Shown one piece after another: positions 36,789-46,150 of a stretch of 46,150 bases of DNA. The stretch lies in NCBI GenBank assembly GCA_003697105.1, contig RFFQ01000134.1:1-46150 (forward strand), written 5' to 3'. The notes beneath the pieces are model-generated. The model did not search any database. It saw only the letters and a list, made by a program, of their open reading frames with translations, and had not been told where the DNA came from. Within the stretch, counting starts at the first letter, position 1; every line of letters starts with the position of its first letter. The DNA is from Gemmatimonadota bacterium. GTDB taxonomy: Bacteria; 4572-55; J002. Both the position numbers and the translations under genes were made by a program.

Positions 36789-36929
36789 AGTTTCTCCTTG
36801 AGGTGATAAGGAACGAAACACACCCTTAATTTAGATGGAGGTGTCGCACGTTGGTTCTCGCGGTGCGAGAAATAACAACAAAATCTACCCGCTGTCAACT
36901 TGAAAATATGCGCGAAAGTGAATCACGGC

Positions 36930-36958
36930 TTGACGAATAATGAATTTTTTGGTATCAT
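36930..36958 (+). promoter_or_regulatory. Possible sigma70 promoter of the cyclophilin-signalling cluster
   Basis: TTGACG-17 nt-TATCAT with TGn extended -10. Confidence 0.5.
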
Positions 36959-37248
36959 TCCAGACAAATTTCCAATAGATTTTACAAAAAATTTTTTGGA
37001 AAACGGGATACGCGACCACGTTTTGAACTTGCGCCAACAGCAATACATCAAAATGACCCGCACACTCCGTACTTTAGTAAGTTACGTTAAGGACTGGGAG
37101 TCAGGTAACGCTGGTATAAAATGACCTATTTTAACGCGGGCATAGGCGTCTTGACACCTTGAGGAATGGGATATACTCCACTCAGAACGATTACACCCAA
37201 TTGAACTTTCGTTATTCACCTCATTTTAATGGATTAAAGGAGACCGGT

Positions 37249-38256
37249 ATGTATCGTATTATCTGGTTACTCACTATCAGTCTATTTTTAACTTTTCAAA
37301 GCATTTGGGCAACAGAGATTACCCTGGCTCACATTGAGACGAATAAGGGTACGATTACCTGCCAACTCTATACGAAAGCCGCCCCGCTTCATAGCCAGAA
37401 TTTTATCAAATTGGCAAACGAGGGGTTTTACAAAGGGTTGACGTTCCACCGTGTGGTACAAGGTTTTGTGATTCAGGGAGGAGACCCAGAAGGCACCGGT
37501 ATGGGCGGTCCGGGTTATACCATCCCTGCGGAAATCATGTTACCCCACAAAAAGGGCGGTTTGGCGATGGCGCGTACGGGGGATGAAGTCAACCCAGATC
37601 GGGAATCCAGCGGCAGCCAATTTTACATCGATCTGAACGATTTACCCCAACTTGATGGCGGTTACACTGTTTTTGGCCAGACAGTTGACGGCATGGATGT
37701 AGTCGAAACGATCGCCCGCCGCGATAAAATCATCGATGTGACTATCGAAACTAAAGAAGTTCCAGACGATCAGTTGAAACCCATTGAATTGACTGTTGCC
37801 GTCATTGAGACCAATAAAGGTACGATTGAGTGCGAACTCGCGGAAGAGTACGCCCCCCAACATTGTCAAAATTTCATCAAATTAGCAAAGGAAGGCTTTT
37901 ATGACGGGTTGACCTTTCACCGGGTGGTACCGGATTTTGTGATTCAAGGGGGCGACCCAGAGGGTACGGGTCGGGGGGGTCCCGGTTACACCATTCCGGC
38001 GGAGATCGGCTTGATTCATCATCGGGGTGCTTTAGCGGCAGCGCGCACCAGCGATCAGGTCAATCCCGAACGACGCTCCAGCGGAAGCCAATATTACATT
38101 TGCCATAAACCATTGCCGCAATTGGATGGAAAATATTCGGTCTTCGGGTTTACCATCAAGGGGCTGGATGTGGTAGATAAAATTGCCGTTGGAGATGTAA
38201 TGAAATCGGTAAAAATTGAAAAGCGCATTGTGGATTATCAGTGGGTAACCGAATAA
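37249..38256 (+). CDS. Exported tandem two-domain cyclophilin-type PPIase
   Basis: AAGGAG SD then signal peptide; two copies of FY.GLTFHRVV..FVIQGGDP.G.G.GGPGY.....SSGSQ.YI. Confidence 0.92.
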   Translation: MYRIIWLLTISLFLTFQSIWATEITLAHIETNKGTITCQLYTKAAPLHSQNFIKLANEGFYKGLTFHRVVQGFVIQGGDPEGTGMGGPGYTIPAEIMLPHKKGGLAMARTGDEVNPDRESSGSQFYIDLNDLPQLDGGYTVFGQTVDGMDVVETIARRDKIIDVTIETKEVPDDQLKPIELTVAVIETNKGTIECELAEEYAPQHCQNFIKLAKEGFYDGLTFHRVVPDFVIQGGDPEGTGRGGPGYTIPAEIGLIHHRGALAAARTSDQVNPERRSSGSQYYICHKPLPQLDGKYSVFGFTIKGLDVVDKIAVGDVMKSVKIEKRIVDYQWVTE

Positions 38257-38257
38257 G

Positions 38258-38776
38258 ATGAAACATTCTATCCTATTGATACTATTTAGCTGGATGTTGA
38301 TCAGTTGTGGCAAAAGCAATCAAATAACCATCGCCAAAATCGAGACCGAAAAAGGGACAATGACCGCGGTGCTCTACACGGAAAATGCCCCGAAGCACTG
38401 CAAAAACTTTATCAAATTGGCGGAAGAGGGGTTTTACAACGGCTTGACCTTTCATCGGGTCGAGCCGGGTTTTGTGATTCAAGGCGGTGATCCCGCTGGA
38501 GATGGAACGGGAGGTCCCGGCTATACCATTCCGCCGGAATTTGGGTTGCGGCACGAAAAAGGAGCATTGGCAATGGCTCGTAAGCCAGACTTTGTGAATC
38601 CGAAACAAGAATCCAGCGGAAGCCAGTTTTATATCTGTTTAGAACCCGCGCACCAACTGGACGGTCAATATTCTGTCTTCGGCAGAGTTTATGACGGCAT
38701 GGATGTGGCACAAAACATCCGGGTTGGCGATAAAATTCTATCAATTACTATTGAGAAACAAGATAAAGTCAAATAA
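38258..38776 (+). CDS. Cyclophilin-type PPIase lipoprotein
   Basis: Lipobox LISC; FHRVEPGFVIQGGDP, AMAR, SSGSQFYI, LDGQYSVFG. Confidence 0.92.
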   Translation: MKHSILLILFSWMLISCGKSNQITIAKIETEKGTMTAVLYTENAPKHCKNFIKLAEEGFYNGLTFHRVEPGFVIQGGDPAGDGTGGPGYTIPPEFGLRHEKGALAMARKPDFVNPKQESSGSQFYICLEPAHQLDGQYSVFGRVYDGMDVAQNIRVGDKILSITIEKQDKVK

Positions 38777-38807
38777 ATCCATCACTTTGTAAGAGAGGTT
38801 CTCGATT

Positions 38808-39173
38808 GTGGCAAAGCGAGTACTCATAGCAGACGATGAACTTCATATTCAGGCATCGGTGAGTTACATCGTCAAACAAGCGGGTTACGAGGTTATCACA
38901 GCGGATAATGGGCAAGAAGCCGTTGACCGCGCCATTTCCGAATTACCAGATTTAGTTATTTCGGACATTATGATGCCCAAAAAAAATGGTTTTGAAGTCT
39001 GTGAAGCTTTGCGCCAACATCCCGCCTTGAAAGATACGTACATCATTTTGTTGACCGCCCGTGGTCAGGATTCCGATGTGGAGCAGGGACTAAAAGTCGG
39101 TGCCAATGAATATGTGACCAAACCCTTTAGCCCGATTAAATTACAACAAAAAATCAAAGAGTTGCTTGGTTAA
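38808..39173 (+). CDS. Single-domain response regulator (REC)
   Basis: LIADDE, ISDIMMP (phospho-Asp), LLTA, YVTKPF. Confidence 0.93.
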   Translation: MAKRVLIADDELHIQASVSYIVKQAGYEVITADNGQEAVDRAISELPDLVISDIMMPKKNGFEVCEALRQHPALKDTYIILLTARGQDSDVEQGLKVGANEYVTKPFSPIKLQQKIKELLG

Positions 39174-39187
39174 GGAGGAATTCAAAC

Positions 39188-39811
39188 ATGCCCCCAACCA
39201 TTGAAGAGCTAGAAGCTAAAATTGCCCGGTTGGACCAAGAAAAAGAGAGCTTAGTGGCGGAGCTACTCCAAAATTATGAAGAGTTGAATTTGGTTTACGA
39301 AACGGCAGAACTGTTTAGTAATGTGTTCCGGTTAAATCATATTGCGGATATGCTGTTGGATAAAGCGACTGAGATTGCTCACGCCCAATTATGCTGGATG
39401 GTGGTACAACCGATCCAACCGCAAGATGGCATCCGGGTGATGGCAACTCGTCCAGAACACCAAAAAACATCCCCGTTGATCCCGTGGATCAATACTCACA
39501 TCGTCAACCCCGTGTTGAAAAGCGGGCGCAAACAGATCATCAACAACATTTCGGAACATTTTGATACCATTCCGGCAGAGTTCACCGCCGAGCAGGCATC
39601 GGTTGCGGTCATGGCAATTCCACTAAGTGTTGCCGGCAATGTTCATGGCGTGGCATGCCTCTGCCGTACCGGAGCCGACCAAATATTTACCGCGCGGGAA
39701 TCCAAAATGGTCTCGGTGCTCTGCTCCCAAGCGGCTCCTACGTTCAAAAATGCCGCCTTTTTAAATCAGATTAAACGCCGTCTGTCTTCGGATGATATCC
39801 CCACTTATTGA
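39188..39811 (+). CDS. Coiled-coil + GAF-only protein
   Basis: N-terminal coiled coil ...[13 protein letters not shown] end [10 protein letters not shown]...GV.......[26 protein letters not shown]. Confidence 0.75.
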   Translation: MPPTIEELEAKIARLDQEKESLVAELLQNYEELNLVYETAELFSNVFRLNHIADMLLDKATEIAHAQLCWMVVQPIQPQDGIRVMATRPEHQKTSPLIPWINTHIVNPVLKSGRKQIINNISEHFDTIPAEFTAEQASVAVMAIPLSVAGNVHGVACLCRTGADQIFTARESKMVSVLCSQAAPTFKNAAFLNQIKRRLSSDDIPTY

Positions 39812-41691
39812 CCCCTGAGAATCCGATGGAACATCCATCTTACACCCAATTACAGCAGGAAAACGATTTGCTCCGGCAACAATTGGTAGATTTACAGCGC
39901 CGGGTTGATACCCGTACCCGCGATCTCGAAGCGGCGATCCGGCGGGTCAACCGGTTATTAACCGGCATTGTGGCGCTGGAGGAGATGGCATCGGCATTAT
40001 TACAGACCGGTCCCGCAACCACAGACCAACTGCCTGAGCTATTGCGGCAACTGGGGCTGTTACTGAATGCAAAGGGGTGTGTCCTGCAATTGGTGACCCA
40101 CAATGATGAATTGAAATTAGAAGCACTTGTTGGGTTTGGTGATGCGTTTCGCCATGCCTTTGAAACGCGCCCGATGAAACCGGGCTACGGACCGGATGGG
40201 TTGGTGGTGAAATACCGTCAAATTGTGGTGATCAGCAATGTCTTCACCGATGAACGCTATCTCTGGAAAGACCTCGCCGAAAAAGAAGGGTATAAAGCTG
40301 TCATTGGGGCGCCACTCCTTTCTCAGGGGAAATTGATCGGTATTGTCCAGTTATATTATGCCGGTGAACTCACTGTAGATGAGGATGAATACCGAATTTT
40401 GCGGATTGCCACAAATCAAGTGGGCAGTGCTATTCATAGCCACCAGTTATACCGCTATCTGGCAGAAGAAAAAGCCAAATTGGAACATACCTACCGGGAA
40501 TTAGTGGAGTTGGACGAACTCAAAACGGATTTTTTATCCACGGTGACCCATGAACTCCGTACCCCGCTAACCTCGATCAAAGCGTTTGTGGAAATTCTGA
40601 TGGCAAATCCGCAGGAAACCCCTGAAAATCGGGCAGATTTTCTACAAATCATTCGCCAAGAGACTGACCGCCTGACCGCTCTGGTCAATGACCTGCTTGA
40701 CCTTTCTAAGATCACCGCCGGAAAAATGACTTGGAACAAAGAGTTAGTTTCTATCCCCACATTGATCGAAGGGGCGGTGACCGTCATCCGCCCCCTATCG
40801 GATTCCAAAAATATTACACTGGATATTCAGATTTCCGATGACTTGCCCGGTACCTTTGCCGATAAAAATCGCTTGATTCAGGTGCTCACTAACCTGCTCT
40901 CTAATGCGATCAAATTTACGGAACCGGGCGGACGCATCCGGGTACGAGCTTACCAAACCGTTGATGTGCAAGGACTCGGCGACCGTGAAGACCACTATGA
41001 TAAGCGTATCGTTATCAGTGTGATCGATGATGGGATTGGCATCCCCCCCCCATACCGTACCGCCATCTTTGAGAAATTTAAGCAAGTGAAAGAACACATC
41101 AATGATCGGGTTCAGGGCACCGGTTTGGGGTTACCCATCTGCAAAGAAATTGTGGAGCATCACGGCGGGCACATTTGGGTTGAGAGCGAGGAAGGCAAAG
41201 GGAGTACATTCTCCTTCACCTTACCCATCCTTACCCAACTGGATGAAACCCCGACCGAACCGGATTCCGGGGTCTATGAAATGATTACCCCGGTGATCCA
41301 AAATCGACCGGTGGAAAATTGTACCGTGTTAGTGGCAGATGACGAACCCAACGTGCGACGGTTTATGGTGCATGTACTTCGACAACATGGCTATCACTGT
41401 TTGGAAGCCGAAAATGGCACGCACTGTTTAGAACTTGCCCGGCAGCATCAGCCCCACCTCATCGTGTTGGATGTGCTCATGCCGGGGCAAAATGGGTTTG
41501 ATGTCGCGGCAGAACTCAAACAGGATGACTCAACCGCCCATATCCCAATTTTAATCACATCGATTGTGCAAGATTATACCCGGGCATTTCATATCGGGGT
41601 GGAAGGTTATCTCACAAAACCGATTTCGTATCAGGATTTAATCCAGTGGGTGTATCGCCTCACCCAACTTCAGCAGGATTCTACACCATGA
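39808..41691 (+). CDS. GAF-HisKA-HATPase-REC hybrid histidine kinase
   Basis: GAF; H-box [10 protein letters not shown]-box [26 protein letters not shown]-terminal REC ADDE..LDVLMP..KP; no TM. Confidence 0.93.
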   Translation: MTPENPMEHPSYTQLQQENDLLRQQLVDLQRRVDTRTRDLEAAIRRVNRLLTGIVALEEMASALLQTGPATTDQLPELLRQLGLLLNAKGCVLQLVTHNDELKLEALVGFGDAFRHAFETRPMKPGYGPDGLVVKYRQIVVISNVFTDERYLWKDLAEKEGYKAVIGAPLLSQGKLIGIVQLYYAGELTVDEDEYRILRIATNQVGSAIHSHQLYRYLAEEKAKLEHTYRELVELDELKTDFLSTVTHELRTPLTSIKAFVEILMANPQETPENRADFLQIIRQETDRLTALVNDLLDLSKITAGKMTWNKELVSIPTLIEGAVTVIRPLSDSKNITLDIQISDDLPGTFADKNRLIQVLTNLLSNAIKFTEPGGRIRVRAYQTVDVQGLGDREDHYDKRIVISVIDDGIGIPPPYRTAIFEKFKQVKEHINDRVQGTGLGLPICKEIVEHHGGHIWVESEEGKGSTFSFTLPILTQLDETPTEPDSGVYEMITPVIQNRPVENCTVLVADDEPNVRRFMVHVLRQHGYHCLEAENGTHCLELARQHQPHLIVLDVLMPGQNGFDVAAELKQDDSTAHIPILITSIVQDYTRAFHIGVEGYLTKPISYQDLIQWVYRLTQLQQDSTP

Positions 41692-42752
41692 CAGACCCAC
41701 TCCCTCTCATTAATGTTGAATCGGCGGGACAGATTCTCTCGCCAGAAGAACAAGTACGGGTGTTTTCGACCCTGTATGACGTCGGGAATGCCATTTTGGG
41801 CACGTTGAATGTTGCGGAAGTGCTACAACTGGTGGTTGACCGGGTTTGTGAGTTTATGGGTTTGAAAAAAGGCTTCCTTATTCTACTGGATGAGGAGCGA
41901 CCGATTGTTGTCACACCGCTGAACTCCTCGTTAACCCCCGCCGAAATTGATAGCATTAAGAAGATGTTTGCCGAAGACCCGTTTATTGAGCCACTAACCG
42001 ACTCCACTATTATTCATCTGCGGGATTTCCCCCACACGGAACTGCAACACCAACTCCACTTGACTGCGGGGTTGATCTGTCCCCTCGTCGCCGCGGAGAA
42101 ACTACTTGGGGTGCTGGTCTTAGGAGACCGTACCTCTGGTGCGCCATACTCCCGGCAAGATATAGTGGTTGCCGGTTTGTTTTGCCAGCAAGCATCGATT
42201 GCGCTCCACAGTGCCAAACAGTACGAACACGTGGAAAAGCTGGCTCGTACGGATGGTCTGACCGGCGTGAGTAATCATCGCTATTTCAAACAGCGTTTTG
42301 CCGTGGAGATTGAGCGTGCCGACCGCTATGAACATGAACTTTCGCTGTTGGTGATTGATATTGACCGGTTCAAACAGATCAATGATACCTTTGGACATCT
42401 GACCGGCGACCTTTTGCTAAAGATGGTTGCCAATCTATTAAAGCGAGTCACCCGCAACACCGACCTTTTAGCCCGTTATGGGGGAGATGAGTTTATGGTG
42501 CTACTGGTGGAAACTCCCAAAGTCGGAGCAATGCGTGTCGTCGAACGCATCTTAGATGGCATCCACCAAATGGATTTTGAAGCCGTCGGGTTACAGAACC
42601 AAACGTTGACGCTCAGTATCGGAGTGGCAACCTTCCCCGAAGATGCGCAAAGTATGCTGGATTTAATCGAACATGCTGACCAAGCCCTTTATACCGCCAA
42701 AGCACAAGGGCGTGATGGCTTTGTCCTCTATGACCCAACCCACAATTCATAA
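41688..42752 (+). CDS. GAF-GGDEF diguanylate cyclase
   Basis: ATGA overlap with kinase stop; [21 protein letters not shown]-site RNTD, active site RYGGDEF, ADQALY.AK. Confidence 0.93.
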   Translation: MTDPLPLINVESAGQILSPEEQVRVFSTLYDVGNAILGTLNVAEVLQLVVDRVCEFMGLKKGFLILLDEERPIVVTPLNSSLTPAEIDSIKKMFAEDPFIEPLTDSTIIHLRDFPHTELQHQLHLTAGLICPLVAAEKLLGVLVLGDRTSGAPYSRQDIVVAGLFCQQASIALHSAKQYEHVEKLARTDGLTGVSNHRYFKQRFAVEIERADRYEHELSLLVIDIDRFKQINDTFGHLTGDLLLKMVANLLKRVTRNTDLLARYGGDEFMVLLVETPKVGAMRVVERILDGIHQMDFEAVGLQNQTLTLSIGVATFPEDAQSMLDLIEHADQALYTAKAQGRDGFVLYDPTHNS

Positions 42753-42767
42753 AGACATTTACCGGCG

Positions 42768-42804
42768 GCTAACTGCCAACCGCTAACGGTTCACTGCCAA
42801 CCGC
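42768..42804. repeat. Degenerate heptamer repeat (GCYAACY-like), 5 units
   Basis: GCTAACT GCCAACC GCTAACG GTTCACT GCCAACC GC directly before ATG 42805. Confidence 0.65.
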
Positions 42805-45630
42805 ATGAATATTTTTCAAAAAATCGGTGAAATCATTGATGATGTGCTTCTTCCTGATGAAGCCTTACAAGCGTTGCGCCGCGGAGAAAAAGCACTGGTT
42901 GCCCAGCAATTGGAACAGGCAATCCAACATTTCTACCAAGCCATTTCCATCAAGTCCGACCATCCCGAACCGTACTACAAACTTGGTTTGGCGTATTATT
43001 ATGCCGGGCAGTATGATGCGGCAAAGAAAGCCGCCCGGCAAGCCCTTATCTACCGTGAGGAATTCCCGCAGGTTTACAATTTAATGGGGTTAATCGCGCT
43101 AAAGGAAAATGACCCCAAGTTGGCACTACGTCTGTTCAAAAAGACGATGCAGTTAAACCCCGACTTGCCGGAAACCCATGAGTATATGGGACGAGCATAC
43201 GCCGCACGAAACCAACATCCGCAGGCATTAACCGCCTTCCGTAAAGCGTTGCGTTTGCAACCGGATGCGCTTTCTACGCAGTTGGGGCTCGCCGAAAGTG
43301 CCTTAGAAGTAGGAGACCACCCCACTGCCCGGCAGACACTTCAGACCATCCTGCAAAAAAAGCCCCAGCATAGCCGGGCGCTTTTTTTATTGGGCCGGTT
43401 AGAACTGGCGGAAGGCAACGCTGCCGAAGCGGTGCTGTACTTGCAAGGCGCTGTCGCCACTAGCCAACGCCAGCATACGCTGGAAGTGCAACAGATGCTT
43501 GCCCGGGCGTATCTTTACCATGATAAGCTGGATTCTGCACAGGAACTGCTGGAAGGGTTGATTACCCGCTATCCCCAATCAGTTGAAACCCATTTGTTGT
43601 TGGCAGACGTTTATTTGAGGGGCAAACATCCGGATCAGGTGCTGGACCAACTTCAACCGTTTTTAGATGCCGATCTGCCGGAATCTCAGCGCCAAAATAT
43701 CCATCTGCTTTGGGGTCGAGCCGCCTTACAACTCAATAAACCGGAGCAAGCAAAAGCCGCTTTTGAACACGTTACCACCGCAAATCCGGATCAAATAGAA
43801 GGGTGGGAATTGCTGGCACAAGCGGAAATGCGGTTGCACCAGTTTTCTGCCGCTATCCAGACTCTGCAAAAAGCATTATCACTGGCACCGGATAATCCGC
43901 ACCTGTATCTGGCACTAGCGGAATGCCAACTGAGCCTAAAACAGTACCCCGCCGCCATTGAATCCGCGAAAATTGTCCTCAAATTTGATCCGGAAAATCT
44001 CAACGCCAAAAAAATTATCGAAATATCACACAGTCACCGCACCCATGACCAAACAGATTCCCTGGCGGAACATGCCAGTAATGCTCCCGCTGAATTCGTA
44101 TTCATTTTAGATAAGCTCTATCGAACCTTGGATTTTTGTACCCATGTGGCGGATTTCCACCCCTTCCAAACCGATCTTTTTGAGCTGATTTCGACCGTGC
44201 GCCACCTGCGGGAATCGCTTGACCTACCGTTGCTGGTCACGATTATGGGTGAGTTTAATACTGGTAAGTCCACCTTTATCAACAGCTTTATCGGTGAGAA
44301 CGTCGCCCCCATGGGTATTCGCCCCACCACAGCGACAATTAACTACCTGAAATTTGGAACCATGAAAAAATTGCGGATCGTCTGGCAGAGTGGGGAAGTG
44401 GAGGAAGCCGAAATCACCCGTTTAGCGGAATATGTAGATGAACGGCAAGCAGATACAGAAAATATTCGCCAAATTCAGTGGGTGGAAATTCTGTATCCCC
44501 TAGAAATATTAAAAGAGGTTAATATTGTGGATACGCCGGGCTTGAATGTCTCCTTGACCGAACATGAAGCCCTCACCAAAAATTTTGTGGAACGCGCCGA
44601 TGCGGTGATCTGGCTCTTTGCGGTTGATCAGGCTGGAAAACAGACCGAAAAAGAGGCACTCGCGTTCCTAAAATCACATGCGAAAAAGACGGTGGGGGTT
44701 GTCAACAAGATCGATGTGGTTTCGCCAGAGGAGACACAGTGGGTGATCGATGAGGTACAACAAGAACTTGCAGAGTATGTGGCGGGCGTCGTTGGGATTT
44801 CCGCTAAACAGGCACTCCGGGGGCAGATCGAGGGTAAGCCGGATCAGGTGGCACAAAGCGGTTTTCACCAGTTAGATGACTTTTTGAATGAGACCATTTT
44901 TCAGCATTCCCGGCAGATCAAATATCAGAGTATTATCCATCAATTGACCGGTGTTTTGAGGCAAATGGATTCCATCGAACAGCGGTTGAAATCGGCGGCA
45001 GCAGAGCGGGTGACCCAGTTAGAGCAAGCCCAAAACCGGTTGAATGACTTACAACAAACATTTCAACGGCGCTGGATACCGGATCAGATGGAACGGTTCA
45101 AAAAGGGGCTAAATAAAATGTATCTGGAATTGGCGCAATATCTTGTGGATAGCACGGTTTATCGCGGCTTTTTTGAGGGAGAGGTGTTGAGCCCTGAAGA
45201 CCAACAGTATCTGCGAACACAAATTGAAAGCGGTTTTCAACAGGTGATTCAACAGTGCGAAACCGCTTTACGGGCAGAATGTACCGCCGCCGGTATCTCT
45301 GAAGATTCGGTACAAACCGTATATCGAGAGTTGGAAGCCTATTTTGCCGGAGTATTGGATGCTGGAACCTTGGCAGAGGCACTCAAACCCACGCAAGATT
45401 TTAACGAAGCCATTGAACAGTTCCGCGCATTTCATCCGCCGGCGGCAAAAATCCGCTTGCAACAGGGGCTTAACCGGTGGCAAGAGCGCTTTTTTGTTGC
45501 CCAAAAGCATGAATACTCCGACCGGCTCCGGGCACATCACGCCCAACAACTCGAAATTGAATGGACGGTCTTCCAGCCGTTAGCAGAATTGCGGCAATCG
45601 TTGCAATCCCTTTCCGACCAATTGAATTAG
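42805..45630 (+). CDS. TPR-repeat protein fused to dynamin-like GTPase
   Basis: About 400 aa of TPRs; G1 GEFNTGKS, G2 PTTA, G3 DTPG, G4 NKID, ISAKQAL; helical C-terminus. Confidence 0.87.
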   Translation: MNIFQKIGEIIDDVLLPDEALQALRRGEKALVAQQLEQAIQHFYQAISIKSDHPEPYYKLGLAYYYAGQYDAAKKAARQALIYREEFPQVYNLMGLIALKENDPKLALRLFKKTMQLNPDLPETHEYMGRAYAARNQHPQALTAFRKALRLQPDALSTQLGLAESALEVGDHPTARQTLQTILQKKPQHSRALFLLGRLELAEGNAAEAVLYLQGAVATSQRQHTLEVQQMLARAYLYHDKLDSAQELLEGLITRYPQSVETHLLLADVYLRGKHPDQVLDQLQPFLDADLPESQRQNIHLLWGRAALQLNKPEQAKAAFEHVTTANPDQIEGWELLAQAEMRLHQFSAAIQTLQKALSLAPDNPHLYLALAECQLSLKQYPAAIESAKIVLKFDPENLNAKKIIEISHSHRTHDQTDSLAEHASNAPAEFVFILDKLYRTLDFCTHVADFHPFQTDLFELISTVRHLRESLDLPLLVTIMGEFNTGKSTFINSFIGENVAPMGIRPTTATINYLKFGTMKKLRIVWQSGEVEEAEITRLAEYVDERQADTENIRQIQWVEILYPLEILKEVNIVDTPGLNVSLTEHEALTKNFVERADAVIWLFAVDQAGKQTEKEALAFLKSHAKKTVGVVNKIDVVSPEETQWVIDEVQQELAEYVAGVVGISAKQALRGQIEGKPDQVAQSGFHQLDDFLNETIFQHSRQIKYQSIIHQLTGVLRQMDSIEQRLKSAAAERVTQLEQAQNRLNDLQQTFQRRWIPDQMERFKKGLNKMYLELAQYLVDSTVYRGFFEGEVLSPEDQQYLRTQIESGFQQVIQQCETALRAECTAAGISEDSVQTVYRELEAYFAGVLDAGTLAEALKPTQDFNEAIEQFRAFHPPAAKIRLQQGLNRWQERFFVAQKHEYSDRLRAHHAQQLEIEWTVFQPLAELRQSLQSLSDQLN

Positions 45631-45641
45631 TGGAGAAGAAG

Positions 45642-46037
45642 ATGTCTCATCCGAAAGTTGAACAGCAAATTACGTTTTTGTACACTCGCAATCTGGCTGG
45701 TACGGCAGATTTTTATGAAAAAATAGTCGGCTTGCCTTTGGTGGTGGATCAAGGCTTGTGCCGGATTTATAAGGTTACCAAAGAGAGCTATATCGGCTTT
45801 TGTGAACGGGAATCCGCCCCGAAAGTGCCTCAAGGCGTGATTTTTACGCTGGTGACCCCGGATGTTGACTTGTGGTACGATCAGTTTGTGAAAAATGGAA
45901 TCACTCCAGAAGATAAACCAAAAGATAATCCCGATTACGAAATTTATCATTTTTTTGTAAAAGACCCCAACGGCTATCTGGTAGAAGTTCAACGCTTTTG
46001 GGATGAACAATGGAATACGGAATTAACAAATATTTAA
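45642..46037 (+). CDS. VOC/glyoxalase family protein
   Basis: TFLYT..L.....FYE...GL, FFVKDPNGYLVEVQ; GGAG SD before ATG 45642. Confidence 0.87.
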   Translation: MSHPKVEQQITFLYTRNLAGTADFYEKIVGLPLVVDQGLCRIYKVTKESYIGFCERESAPKVPQGVIFTLVTPDVDLWYDQFVKNGITPEDKPKDNPDYEIYHFFVKDPNGYLVEVQRFWDEQWNTELTNI

Positions 46038-46057
46038 ACCCTTCAGAAAGAGTAAAT

Positions 46058-46150
46058 ATGAAACTGAAAGATTCCAAGATTTTACTGACCGGCGGTAGCT
46101 TAGGGCTGGGCAAAGATGCGGCAAAAGTGTTGGTAGAGAGCGGAGCACAG
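46058..46150 (+). CDS. SDR-family oxidoreductase, N-terminal fragment running off the window
   Basis: Manual translation MKLKDSKILLTGGSLGLGKDAAKVLVESGAQ with TGxxxGxG Rossmann motif. Confidence 0.8.
   Translation, partial: MKLKDSKILLTGGSLGLGKDAAKVLVESGAQ

Noticed and set aside
36900-37124. 74-aa intergenic ORF
   Set aside because: TTG start without SD, overlaps the predicted promoter, no motifs; cannot be supported
39809-39890. Sec read-through of the GAF-only gene TGA
   Set aside because: Continuation is short, motif-free and out of frame with the kinase

Overview
A 46 kb gene-dense chromosomal window from a diderm bacterium (lpxD, lipoproteins and TPR proteins; an FCB-like or other deep candidate lineage is a guess). 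Recognisable housekeeping genes are selB, tatC, amrS, greA, asnS, malQ, deoB, lpxD, rpoN, aspS, cvfB and a DnaQ-DinG fusion. I saw no rRNA, tRNA, CRISPR array, prophage or transposase. Most notable: (1) a 551-aa protein upstream of greA with tandem Tudor/RID-like repeats and a C-terminal GreA-like coiled coil lacking the catalytic acidic tip, a candidate secondary-channel RNAP modulator; (2) a 136-bp MITE with 16-bp TIRs and an 8-bp target duplication containing the cvfB Shine-Dalgarno; (3) a tightly packed + strand cluster of exported cyclophilins, a REC/GAF/hybrid kinase/diguanylate cyclase cassette and a TPR-fused dynamin-like GTPase; (4) two heptamer arrays abutting a stop and a start codon; (5) several orphan or unusual architectures (NTT-HEAT, LysM-FecR-Ig, double FHA, lone ABCG-type permease, SprE/PorW-like TPR lipoprotein). 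All calls come from reading motifs by eye; no database searches were run.
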